A stretch of DNA of 64,000 nt from contig JAQGDQ010000031.1 in NCBI GenBank assembly GCA_030141605.1, forward strand, positions 124,001-188,000, given 5' to 3'. The DNA comes from Tubiluchus corallicola (lineage: Eukaryota; Animalia; Priapulida). Of the stretch, positions 11,600 through 23,787 are shown piece after piece (the first letter of the stretch is position 1; the number at the start of each line of letters is the position of its first letter). The notes beneath the pieces are model-generated. The model saw only the letters and a list, made by a program, of their open reading frames with translations. It was not told the DNA's origin and made no database searches. A program made the translations under genes and the position numbers.

Positions 11600-13368
11600 G
11601 TAAGCAGACCTTGGATATTTTCTTTTGTTTTCTACAAAATGGTAAACAGTTGCTCTCAGTGAATTCTGTTGGAAAATATAAATCTTCAAAAAATTTTACA
11701 TGATTTTTTTATTTCACTCTTTGCTTCTATGAATTTTGATTTTTACATCAAGTACAATTCGGGATTAATTTATTTGATCTTCTGAAACGTTTCTTTGACA
11801 TCCTGACGATCTTATATCCCTTTGTAACAAATCATAATCATAAATTATTGCCACTCTTATTTACTGATTATTTTTGTTTGAATGCTGAAATGCATAATTA
11901 CAAAACACGATATAGACTTAACTATCACTACATACAGTGCAACACAAACGTAGAAGAACTTTCTATTTAATACTGTGGCCCTTACACATGGAATTCAACT
12001 TTTTCAGCTATAAAAAATGTGAACCCACTGTCCCTATTCAAAAAAGAAAAGTATATAAATTACACTTACTTGAAAGATATACCTGATCACTCACTCATGA
12101 CTTGTTTTTGTTTTTCATTTGCAATAACTTCCCCTCTAGGGTAATAATATAGTTATTAGTTCCCACCTGTATATATATCTGCAGTGCACACCTCAGTATT
12201 GTCTAATCAAGTGTTGCCTCCTCCACAAATGCTTAGCAAGTGTGTTAAAACATTTATCATTTCTCTGTACCGTACATCAATTTATATTGTAATTATGAAA
12301 TACTACTAACACCCACTTTAACTCACACTAACTATTAGCAATATGTTGTTAAATATTTTTCGCACTACTAATTCTAGTGGTCTAACGTAAGCTGGCTTCT
12401 TAGGTCTCTAGTGCAGAATTCAAGAATTATATCTTAATTTTGTTGTATTAACGAAAAAGTGATTTATAAATGTACTTGTGATGCATAAGCATTTGTTTAT
12501 TGCAAAAATAAATATCTTGAATTGAAAAAATTGATTGAATGGAATTGACATAGAAACCAGATTTCAATGTCTTCAGTCGGACATTGAGATAATCATTAGC
12601 AGATTTGTACAAGATCGTTAAGTAATTCCTCAGAAAGTTCTCCTGGGTCATTGCATTCTTCAACCAAACTTGTGTGAAAAAAGTCTGTCTTGGGCCGAGA
12701 TGTGAACCAAATACTTTTGCAGTACAAAACCTCCCATTAATAATACTTGCGGTCTATTGTTCCATTGCTCCCAGTGTTGTTTAATTGTTATTTGCACTTG
12801 GGTATGTCTTTTTGATGCAAATATTTTTGTAATTGCATTTGGGCATATTATTTTGAAAGTATTTACGCTTTCAATATTTTCTTAGAAAGTTGCTTCTGTC
12901 GACGCTTTTTTACTAGGTTACCGGCAAAGGTTTTTCTTAAAGCAGTTTAAGAAGGCAAAATTAAAATTATGTAGATGTGGATTAATTGTTTACCAGTTGT
13001 GTTCTTTTTTGGGTTTCATGTGTTAGGTAAAAATTTTGTACATTTCTCAGCAATTTCTTCCGTTACAACCTTGTTTATTTTGATAAGTTAAATTCTAATC
13101 TGTTGTTTTGTAGTTTCAGTTTATGCCTTTGTATCATTAATGTATTATTTATTCTTCTTTTTTGGCTTGATTTATAGTTGATAGTGTGGCTTCAGTAGCC
13201 GAAAAGATCGTCCCGAATAAACATACTAATTATTAGAAGCTGGCTCTTTCGTGCAAAATTAAACACAATTTCTTTGTGAAATTCAACAGACTGTTAAATG
13301 ATGACTATTAAATAATAACGATGTTCGTTGTCAGGCATATTTTTACTTAATTTGGGAATAATTTTTAG

Positions 13369-13523
13369 GAGGAAGCTGCACAAGAATTCAAACGTAAGCA
13401 AGAAAAAGAGAAGGTGAAATTAAAAAGCATGAACTTGAGTCAGTATGCTATTTCTGGAACAGAGCAAGAATGGGCAGATACCCTCAAGAAGAGCAAAGAG
13501 AAAAATATTGTCAGCATATCCAG
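13369..13523 (+). CDS. NAT10: NAT10 penultimate exon
   Basis: ttttag / AG|gtaatg; EEAAQEFKRKQEKEKVKLKSMNLSQYAISGTEQEWADTLKK...IVSIS. Confidence 0.93.
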
Positions 13524-14514
13524 GTAATGAGTGTTTTATTTCGGTGTTTCCTCTTATAAATTTCATTAGCACTAAATACACCATTAAATGATACTACAAA
13601 AGATTTTAGTGTTTGTTACATCCAATGTGTCATGTTTGCTGAAGTATGCAACAAAAGTGATATGACAACATAATATTCACAGTCAGTATGAAATATTTGT
13701 GCATTTTTAGTTAGCAATTTTTTGTGACCAGATTTCAATAACTATTGAAATTTTTTTTGTATCATTATCAAAAATTTTATCACAGTGTAATGCTACTCGC
13801 ATATAAAAAATGTAATAGTCATTATACTTTACGTTAATTATGTGCTTTAAGTTGTTTCAGTAACGGCCCCCATACTCAATTCTTAGTTCTTACTTTGTAC
13901 ATATTAACAAGTATTTTTCAAAGAGACACGAACTTAAAATTGCCGGAACTTATCATTTTTACCCACAGACCACTTTGAGGCTTGTTTCTCTGGCCAGCAC
14001 CACTAGGTTTGTTTGAGCTGTTATTTTCCCATTTGCTTACGTTCTGATTGTCTTGAGGCAGTTGCTCACACGTGAAATTTTTACATTCCCGATTGGGACA
14101 GTTAGTGTGTGCTTGCATTATTGTTGTTCTTGTTTCTGTGTACAGTTTGCTTTGATGTCACGGTGTGTTTGGTTCACATTACATACTGCATTCTGGGATA
14201 TTATCGCTCGCTTAAGCAGCTGAATTGTTTTGTTTGAATAAAATAATTCTCAAGTGAATTAGGAGAAAGCTCTATAGGTGTTCTTTATCGGAGAAGCTTT
14301 TTCGTGTTGAAGTTGCAAGCTTTTGACTCCCAGGACTTCTCCTCCTTATACAAATAGCATGCAGTTTGAGAAAAGTTATTTTGATTAATTCTTCAAGAAA
14401 TTTCCTTTTCTTACCTACAGTAAGATAATTGTGATTGCAAATGTACCCTGGCCAACACAACATATTTGTGTTGATAAAAAGTCTGGTGGTAACCAGTGGT
14501 TTTATTTGTTCTAG

Positions 14515-14620
14515 TTCTGAGAGCAAAAGAAAGTTGGCGACATCAGAAAAAGACACTTCAAAAACTCCTGACCACAGAAAATTTGGGAAGAAGAAAATGA
14601 AGCGGAAACATTCACTGTAA
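14515..14620 (+). CDS. NAT10: NAT10 terminal coding exon, basic NLS/nucleolar-type tail
   Basis: ttctag acceptor in phase 2; SESKRKLATSEKDTSKTPDHRKFGKKKMKRKHSL*; AATAAA about 70 nt downstream. Confidence 0.9.
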
Positions 14621-14692
14621 TGACGAGAAATTTTCTGAATCGGCATTATTGTATAATTATTGAGAATGAGTGTTTATACTGCTAATTTTTAA

Positions 14693-14698
14693 AATAAA
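14693..14698 (+). terminator. Probable NAT10 polyadenylation signal
   Basis: AATAAA after the stop codon, followed by a GT-rich tract (ttttcgtgttgtc...tgtgtgg). Confidence 0.7.
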
Positions 14699-14897
14699 CT
14701 TGCTTTAATTGACAAAGGTAGTATTTTCGTGTTGTCATAATGTGTGGTAATGATAAAATGCTGAAATCAAATTGCAAATCATGATTTAGTAAAGCCGTGT
14801 GAGATTCAAAGCCCTGTCAGTTGTTTAAACCAATCTCTGCAATTATTTTATAAGTGCATTTTCACAAAGTTTCTAAAGACATTTTATTATTCCCTTG

Positions 14898-14899
<2 letters not shown>

Positions 14900-14934
<35 letters not shown>

Positions 14935-14942
14935 CAAATAAT

Positions 14943-14985
<43 letters not shown>
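14900..14985. repeat. Two (TA)n tracts in the NAT10-tetraspanin intergenic region
   Basis: Read directly. Confidence 0.95.
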
Positions 14986-14988
<3 letters not shown>

Positions 14989-15199
14989 CTTTATTTATTT
15001 AAAGTGTTTAAGAAAACATTAGTAACTGATACAAGTCTCTTCACAGTACAGGTGCGAGTCAGTTCATTATAACATCTGTGCTAATTTAACAATCGATAAG
15101 ATTTTCAATTAAATAACTTCAATTTGGCATATATAAATTATATCAATTCAGCATAATATATATCATCTGGGCATTAAATAATGCTGTAAATCATATCAA

Positions 15200-15694
15200 T
15201 TAATCAATACACGAATTCACGTCAAAAGACCGATTATTAAACCACGTGTTGTGGCCAAGTAAAAATATACTTGAACTTAAGTCAAAAGACTAATACTACT
15301 TTGTGATAGCGAACAGAATATTATTAAGTTATGTTTTTGCACAAGCGAGGGCGCCACCGTAGTAATTGGTTGAACGCAAAGATATAACTGGATCTCAACC
15401 TCAGCTTCCGAGCATCTGCAAAAAGCGTCAAGGCAACGCTACAGATCAGACTGAAGCCTGTTGCCGTCATGCTAGGAAAGCCTCCAATGTTTCAGATTTC
15501 CTGGCACGCTAGTGTAACAGCAGCGTAAGTGCTGCTTGCGGGAAACAAAGCAAAAGTTTTATATTTTTAGCTGTGCATGGATTACGCAAAAAATTACCAA
15601 CGGAATTATTGTAATTGCCATAGATAGCGTTAAGTGTGTTGTGTGTGGGTCGTGATTAATTAGAAATATTAACTGTACGCGCTAGGGAACCACC
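15200..15694 (+). promoter_or_regulatory. Tetraspanin promoter/5'UTR region, possibly with a non-coding exon ending at 15524 and a UTR intron 15525-15685
   Basis: GC and CpG rise after about 15200; C|gtaagt donor at 15525; ttaac...gctag acceptor at 15685; strong Kozak caccATGG at 15695. Confidence 0.45.
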
Positions 15695-15760
15695 ATGGCT
15701 CTGAAAGGATGTATGCGCTGTTTGAAATATACCATGTTTGTGATGAATTTATTGTTCTGG
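15695..15760 (+). CDS. Tetraspanin (CD9/CD81-like) coding exon 1
   Basis: caccATGG; MALKGCMRCLKYTMFVMNLLFW|gtaagt, the typical tetraspanin N-terminus (CxKYxxFxxNxxFW); joins 50838 in phase 0. Confidence 0.93.
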
Positions 15761-18104
15761 GTAAGTAAAATAATCTCTTATTGAGTCTGTAGAAGCATGT
15801 CTTAGATGAGTAGTGGAATACAGTAGATACAACTGCCTCCTGCCGCTGAAAATAATTTCGACAAGCAAACAAACAGCTCTCTGCAGCGTTTATTTACTGT
15901 GTTGTAAGAATAATTTACGGTTAAGCACTTGCGTGGATTTGACTGGTCCAGGTCGCGGCGTAACGTTGATCGCTGTTAGGATGTTGCCCTTTAGAAAATG
16001 TGGTCCGTTTATGCAAATGTGAACAACCCCTAACTATCGAAGTGCTCTGTAATCTGTTCTGGGTTTAAACAGATTGTGTGCTGTAATTTTTTTAGAAGAG
16101 TAGTGGGACTTCACTTAACACGTTTTCAAAATTATTTTATTAACTAAACAGACATAAAAGACAAAGACATATTTATTTTCCCTTGCTCATTTAACAGGCA
16201 ATATTAGCACTAACGGCTATTTAGTGGCTTACACTTACAACAATACAAAAAGTGGTAATTGTTATTATTATGGTTATTATTAACTGCTTACACGTATTTA
16301 GGGAGAAACATTTTCTCGCTTTGCATAAAGAGTTTTTCAATGAGTAGGCTTCGGACTCGTACGACATAATTATAAACTTCTAATTGTATCTTACGTAGGG
16401 ATGTTTTATTTTCTCGTTCCCTTAATTCGAAACTGATGTACTGTACACGCTTTAGTTTGTTGCATTAAGAAAAACTCGCCATCCTTTACGAAGAAATAGT
16501 AGGTATTACACATTGGCAGGTTTAAAGTCAATAACTGTAACATTTAACAAAAAAGTCTATTCACTATAATTTATCATACTGTTAAAACAATTTTGCTGAA
16601 GTGGTTATGATCGTAGTCGCACTATAATAACAACTTTTTCCTATTGATGCGTGATTAGCTGCAAACTTTTTTCTATAAACATACAACATACTGCAATAAA
16701 AGACCAAGCTGCTGTCTTCTGGGAGTAATTAGCAATGCCGGATGTAACGGTGGATGTTACATAATAAAACATCTGTCTTTAATTAGAGCTGCCTTATTGG
16801 AGAGTCTGAACTTACGATTTTGAAGCTAAATATTACGTTTTTATTTTGCATGGATCACTAATAGGGCATCACAGTATTTGCTTAAAATTGTATGTCAAAA
16901 TTACACAGCCAGTTAAAAACTGCGATTATAACAACGCAACGTCGTCATTTAATAGCAAGTTTTCGTTATTCTTCAAATGCGTAAATGCTACATTAAACCT
17001 GTAAGATTATAAATATGTCAACATTAATGTTCTACCTATATCTGACAGTTTCTACTGCGTTTATTGTGTACAGCGTTTGTCATTCAGCTTTTAGCATTCT
17101 ACAAAATTGTAACGATACTATGGTCAAATTTTGTTGCCCAACTTTTCGCAGTTTGTTTCAAAATCACTGAAACAGCAAAAATTGTCAAGTGCAATGTGCC
17201 AACTGAAGTTCTGAATGTACAAACGTATGTTTTTGTTAGAAATGTGACAAATAAAAATCGCAGATATGTTAGTGTTCTGTTGAAGAAAGTAAGTTGAACA
17301 TTTCAATGTGTTATACAAGAAAATGTAAAGAGGCAAGCGAGCTTATTCCCTTAAGCAGAAGTCTTGAACTTTAAATTCAATTGTTGTTGAGTACACGTGT
17401 GAATATAACATAATTCTTATTCCCAATAAATACTGCCTAGTCTACAAAATTGTAGCGATGAACAATGGAGTACTTGCTTTTTGCGTTGGAACAGATTACA
17501 CCTAATGATTATAAGTACAGCGGATCTCGTCAGATTTCTGAGACTTATTTCCAAAAACGATTCTTCTTTCAACGACGGGCTGAAACAATAAATTGTGAGT
17601 GTTGGACTGCATTCTGATGAAAACGATTCCAGTTTTAGTACTAATTGTCTGGCAATCTAGCCATCAGTGTGAGTATATCCTGCAAAATTGCTCTTTTTGG
17701 AGTTATGGCTTGAATGTATAATCTCTCACTAGGTGATTCTTCAGCCTCGGTTGTTGGACTTTGGTGGATTGTAGATGATTGTTTTGGCTTATTGTTTGTG
17801 AATATTCTCTTGATTTTTGCACTGATTGTCAACGAGCGCTTGGATATAATTCGTGTTTTTGTTTTGCCTGGATTTCAAATTTTGAAGATGATTTCGTTTG
17901 AGTGCCGTTGTTCGGATTCTGTATTATGGACACCTTCTAGATGATGACATTTATACCAACGTCTGTTCGTCGAATCTTAGGTAACTATTACGCTCTCCAA
18001 AAAAACAAGTTTTGTCTGAGAACTGAATTTTACTGATGGATTTTTGGGCTTTTTGTGCAAACATTCGCCAAAAAATGCTTGTTTCATTAGTTGTATCTGA
18101 TTCA

Positions 18105-18845
18105 TTCTGGTTTATGGATATGCTTTCCGGAAGATGAACTTCTTTTCATGGTGATGTCTGGTGGATTTTGGATTATGGATACGCTCTCCGGAAGATAATT
18201 CTTGTTTCAGCACTGGTTGTCAGGTAGACTCTGGATTATGGATACGTTCCCAGAAAGACGACTTTTGTTTCAGGGGTGATGTCAGGTGTATTCTGGATTA
18301 TGAATACACTCTCCAGAAGACGACTTTTGTTTCAATTGTGATGTCTGGCGAATTCTGGATTATGGACGCGCTCTCCGGAAGGCGACTCTTGTTTCATTGG
18401 TGGATTCTGGATTATGGATACGCTCTCCGGAAGGCGACTCTTGTTTCATTGGTGGATTCTGGATTATGGATACGCTCTCCGGAAGGCGACTCTTGTTTCA
18501 TTGGTGGATTCTGGATTATGGATACGCTCTCCGGAAGGCGACTCTTGTTTCATTGGTGGATTCTGGATTATGAATACACTCTCCGGAAGACGACTTTTGT
18601 TTCAATTGTGATGTCTGGCGAATTCTGGATTATGGATACGCTCTCCGGAAGGCGACTCTTGTTTCATTGGTGGATTCTGGATTATGGATACGCTCTCCGG
18701 AAGGCGACTCTTGTTTCATTGGTGGATTCTGGATTATGGATACGCTCTCCGGAAGGCGACTCTTGTTTCATTGGTGGATTCTGGATTATGGATACGCTCT
18801 CCGGAAGACGACTCTTGTTTCAGTAGTGGATCGATACGTTTTCTC
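18105..18845. repeat. 52/62-bp minisatellite with a 270-bp higher-order duplication
   Basis: ggattatg spacings 63,62,62,52,52,52,52,62,52,52,52; short unit ggattctggattatggatacgctctccggaaggcgactcttgtttcattggt. Confidence 0.95.
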
Positions 18846-19534
18846 TACACTGGAGCATAAATATTGCGCTTCACTGAACAATCTAATCCGCAAAGGCGGT
18901 GTTGCGATCATTAATATATAAACTCTGAGCCGCACTAAATTAGTTTTGAATGTCAAATTTCGCCGGCTCAACCACAACGCTGCTGGATCAACCAGACACG
19001 TGACACGTCCATTTTGTTTCGTGTGAAATGCAAATTTTGAGCCGCGTCCTTTTCTGAGCGATTTATTTTCCCAATTTCCAAGTCTTAAATGACAGGCATG
19101 GAGTAAAATGAGTCCTGCTTATTGTGATGCCTATAAAGGTGATAATTTTGTAGTTCATTCACAGAGAAGAGCTGTCGGAGCCAGAGATGTCTAAATCATG
19201 AATAATAGAATTTATTTCCTATATTAACAGAAAAAACTTAAAGGAAAATTATGGCTTCCATAGGCATTTTACACACGTGAGCTCAACTAATTGAATGTTG
19301 AAAAGTATTAAGTTTAAAGTTCAGAATGGAATTGCTAAACACGAACATACCCTCTGTCGAAATGGTTAAATCCTGTTCATTGAATGAAGCCCGCCTGAAG
19401 GAAGAGTGATTCATCATCACTTTGCCGTTCCTTGACGACAGGCTGGCTGAGAATCGTCGTTTCTCAGAACTGTAAATATAAGCAAGTACAATTTGAAAGG
19501 ATGGAGTCAAGTAAAACCATTCAGTTGCTTAACT

Positions 19535-19740
19535 TTCTCTTTCCAGCCCCCCTCTCTCCCTCTCTCACTCCTGTCTTTTTCTATCCATTTCTCTCTCTGT
19601 GTATGCTTTTTCTCTTTCTTTCTGTTATCTCTCGTTCTTTCTGTCTTTCTCTCTCCCTCTCACTCCTTTGTCTCTGTCTCTCTTTCTCCGTCTCTCTCTT
19701 GCTGAGTCTGTCTCTCTCCTTCTCTCTCGCTCTCGCAGTT
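19535..19740. repeat. Degenerate (CT)n polypyrimidine tract
   Basis: Read directly. Confidence 0.85.
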
Positions 19741-20904
19741 TCTTCGAAAAAACTGTTTAGCTACTGTTTTCCATATTTTTTGTTCTTTTGTATTTATGAA
19801 TTTCCGCACCTTTTGCTTTTATGCACGTGTTTTGTTTTTATCTTTCTTATTTTTACACGTAATTTTTCAGATGTTTCTACAAACACTTGTAGCGTGACGT
19901 TTGTTAGCTTGCACATTTTTTGTGTTAAATTCACTAAATAAACTTGCAGGTCGTTTCTCTTAATAATTGATATTTTAATACAACATAAGCCTGCAAGTTT
20001 CTATGTACTTGCGTGTAGCTCAATGCAATTACAGCTATTGACTGGCAACACACTAATAGCCAGACGAATAATGGTAAGGTGAACATACAATACATGAAAT
20101 TTTAATAGATCAGCACACACTATTGTTTAGCAGTTAGCATATTACAAAATACTCACAAATGAGTATTATTAGCTTGAAGAGTTTGTGCAGTTTTGTAGTT
20201 CTATGCAACTATCAAGCACGCATTTTTAAGCGTGTGATTTGCGAGAATTCAGAACAACTGCTTGTTTACCAAAACACTCACGCACGCAATTAAAATAACT
20301 CTCCAACAAACGTTTTCAGCCAGGGCTTCGTTTTAACTGTAAAACTATTTTGTGATTATTGTTTTCAGCGAATTATTGGAATTTTAACAACCCCCAGTTG
20401 ATTTCTTAACTTGGATTTTACAAAATCAGAATGCTTTAGCACTACATTAGGCAAACTTACATTTTGTCGACGTGTACTGTTTGAGAACTATATAAAAGTT
20501 GATAGTTACGTTGTGTCTTTAATAGCTTTAATCTTGTTTAACGCCAGGCGGTGTTCCTGTCTCTTTTATATGGTAAAGTAATGGCCACTCAAACTTCAGT
20601 TAGCCAGTATATCCACTACTGCTAATGGAAAAATCTGCCCACATCTCATTCCACACTATAAAGTACCAAGCAATGGTATTTCTCAGTCGAAGTCATACGA
20701 AATCTGACAACTAATATTACAGCCAATAATTCCGATGCTTAAAGCAAAACCGGACCCGATCTTAACCTGTAGATCAAAACAATCTACTCATTAAAATATT
20801 GAAAGAAAACATGCTATTTTTTTTAAAAAAAATGAATTTTACGCGAAAGAATTATTACCACACAAACACAATTTCACGTTCTTCGCTGTCACATGTATTT
20901 TGCA

Positions 20905-21235
20905 TTTGCTAGTTAGACGGGCACAAAACCTCTCAGTTCGGATGTGTTAATTTGTGACGTCATACACGTTCGACAGTTCTTTTATGAACACAATGATAAA
21001 TTTGAAATTTGAACTTTTATCTTAAAACTTGCCTAGTTTTAGTAAAACACACTGAATATCTTACAGTAGCACTGTATTTCAATTTTCGCTTTCGTAAACA
21101 CGTGCAACCACGCTCGGGAATCGTATTTGCTGTTTAAAATTATGTTAGTTTGTGATGTCACCAAATGTTGGGCTCGCCAGCCGTTAATTAAGTTTTTAAT
21201 ATATTGTTTAATTATCATCATCCTGTCTTCCTTTA
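20905..21235. repeat. Dispersed repeat B, copy 1 (copy 2 at 29838-30275)
   Basis: Shared gctagttagacgggcac, taaatttgaaatttgaa, gtagcactgta and aaaattatgttagtttgtgatgtcaccaa..gttgggctcgcc. Confidence 0.9.
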
Positions 21236-21997
21236 AGGTTCAAAATTAAGCTTGGCAAGAGAAAATGCGCATTACTCTTTATTTTGCTTCCCGTCACTGA
21301 AATCACTTTTTTTTAATGCGTTGGTTCTATATTTAACCTGAAGCCAGGTGAGCTGTATATATATGGGCGTGATATGGTCATATTTACCGCAAAGAAACGT
21401 TGCATAGTAATGATCCCAGTCATATATATAATAATAATAGTAATAATAATAAATCTCTTTACGGCATACATATTCACAATATGTTATATAACCAGTTAAA
21501 AACATTTAATTGTTGTTAGCAATAGTGTTAATGAACATGGTAATGATAAAAACTACAGGGGCCTACAGATGACGATTCAGGTTGAAATAAGTTGATGTAT
21601 AAAACACTTACTACAATACTATATATCCACAATTACAAATTTACCGCTTTGTACGCCTACTAGTTAAAAGTTTTAAGTTTTGTTCGATTGTTTGTTTTCA
21701 TCGGCGAATTTATGAATATCTACATATGAGCTCAACCAGTGACTAGCTCTTCCAATGTAAAACGTGATTCCTATAGTATTACAGTATAAAATAATAGGGC
21801 TTAAGCCCGCAGGCCTGAGGTAAGTAGGCCCCACCTTAACGAAGAAGACAGGAATCGCATTCTTTTAGGTAACCATTCTGTACATTGGGAACCTCTGCAG
21901 TAACTCTCTTGAAAACCATACCTGTGATCAAGTCTGCATGTATATTAAAATATTGGGAAGGAGTTTTCAATTACACACATGATTGAAATACCCCAAT

Positions 21998-22045
21998 CCT
22001 AACCCTAACCCTAACCCTGACCGTAACCCTAACCCTAACTCTAAC
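21998..22045. repeat. Interstitial telomere-type (CCCTAA)n repeat, about 8 degenerate units
   Basis: cctaaccctaaccctaaccctgaccgtaaccctaaccctaactctaac. Confidence 0.9.
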
Positions 22046-22720
22046 TTTAATTCGCTTCACGAACTAATTAAATTTTTCTTGTATGTGGGGAATTGTAAAT
22101 CTTAGGCAATGGCAATGGCGCTGTGGACCGCAGGCGAGTCCCAAAGTCACTTCTTCTCAACCCATAATCATCAGTGCTAAAATGCTGACTATAAACTGAC
22201 TGCAAAGATTCAAAGAAATCATTCATTTAACACATGATTTGTTTGATCACTACTCGCTTTTTAGTTTGACAGATAAGACAGATTTGAAACTGTGTGTAAT
22301 ATTCCATTTCCAGTTCAAGTTTGATTTTTAGCAGTAAACGCTACTGGACATATAATTTTCACCTTGTGAGACCGTTTGAGAAAGACAAATTGCACCGATT
22401 AATATGGACGGATTTAAAAATTGCAATTGTGCAGGTGTTAACTGAAAACTTTAAATGAAAAATTTTCTTGTTTTCCTGTTTATATTCCGCAAATGCTAAC
22501 CCCAACTCTATCCCTAATCCGCTTCACGAACTAATTAAATTTTTCTTGTACGTGGGGAATTGTAAACCTTAGTCAATGGCAATGGCACCGTAGACCGCAG
22601 GCGAGTCCCAAGGTCACTTCTTGTCAACCATAATCATCAGTGAATTGGTTTCTGACTGTAAACAGACTGCAAAGATTCAAAGAAGGTAACACGTGATTTG
22701 TTTAATCACTATTCGCACTT
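22030..22720. repeat. Local direct duplication of about 220 bp, 467 bp apart
   Basis: cgcttcacgaactaattaaatttttcttgta...gaccgcaggcgagtcccaa...gactgcaaagattcaaagaa at 22053 and 22520. Confidence 0.92.
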
Positions 22721-23430
22721 TACGCAAAGAAGTTTTTCTTCATAGGTTTCCGCGACTCTGAACACAAAAACTATTTGACATTCACTGCATGGATGGCAGC
22801 TTTTACATTTCCATTTAATGATCTTTACTCTACCGTCTTGCTATTAGTCTGACAAAATACCGAGTCTAACTATTCTCAGTGATTTCTGTTGGCTTATCCA
22901 CAACGACCTTTACAACGTATTCTAGTGAACCGACATTGTAGAAAGCAAAGTTTAAAGTTTACAGTTCAGTTAATTCTACGAGCTGTTGAGACACCCGTAC
23001 TCTTACATTCTATTCAGCTGCGCTTGATTAATTAGCTCCACCCATACGAATCATCCATCGTAAAGAACTGAAGCACGTTTGGCTCACTGCCTTAGTCTGG
23101 CTCAGCTTGAAAAAGGATCGTAGTGAAAACTCACCCCAAATGTTTACTTTACTATGCCGCTTGAATTGGACTTGTTTGCAGTTGGAAACGTGGTTTCATC
23201 TTCTCCAGCTGTTCCCGGTTTAGTGGGGATATATACGTGTCACACAATCTTCAAGAACAGGATAACGTGATGTAACAACCCAGCATGGATATATTTTAAT
23301 TTCCTCTGCAGAAGTTGGGAGAGGCGTGGAATGAAGGCGCATAAATCATAATTAGGCCTATGGTTACACAATAAACAATTCGCCCTGCAGCAACAGTGGT
23401 GCACTATTCTCCAATGACATCGTTCATTGG

Positions 23431-23787
23431 GAAGAAAAGTGGCGCACTGCCAGTTTCCGTCAAAATTAGTATAATAAATTTTTACAAAAAATTAGATAGC
23501 TAATTTTGTGACATTTTACGTGAACATAAGGCAAGATGCAGAAATTCGAATGAGTTTAAACTCGGAAAGCCACGATGTCCACCAGCTACGACATAATTTT
23601 CAAGTGAATGGCGGCAACCACTGCGTCTGAAAATTCGGTAGTATAAATTAGCTTTATAGTTTATAGGCAATTTTTTGCAAATTTCTTTGTTTTACTTTTC
23701 CAAGTGATACCAGGTAAGTGATAAGAGTAAAATAAACCCAACATGCTAAGTGATAAAAATGTTCTATGACTTGTCCGTTTCTTTTAA
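23431..23787. repeat. Dispersed repeat A, copy 2
   Basis: Colinear with 2556-2870, same orientation. Confidence 0.85.

Noticed and set aside
1032-14514. Intronic snoRNA in NAT10, especially a U13/SNORD13 guide for 18S acetylation
   Set aside because: By eye I found no ACCTTGTTACGAC-type 18S antisense element and no well-placed box C/D or H/ACA arrangement. An Infernal/Rfam scan would be decisive.
14272-14646. 124-aa antisense ORF over the NAT10 last exon
   Set aside because: Shadow of the sense exon plus intron; no recognisable features.
18161-18826. 221-aa ORF
   Set aside because: Produced by a stop-free 52-bp repeat cycling through frames; GTG start and no splice context.
19432-19941. 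Leu/Ser-rich and Glu/Arg-rich ORFs here and near 30533, 30657, 35481, 49595 and 55408
   Set aside because: Translations of (CT)n/(GA)n microsatellites.
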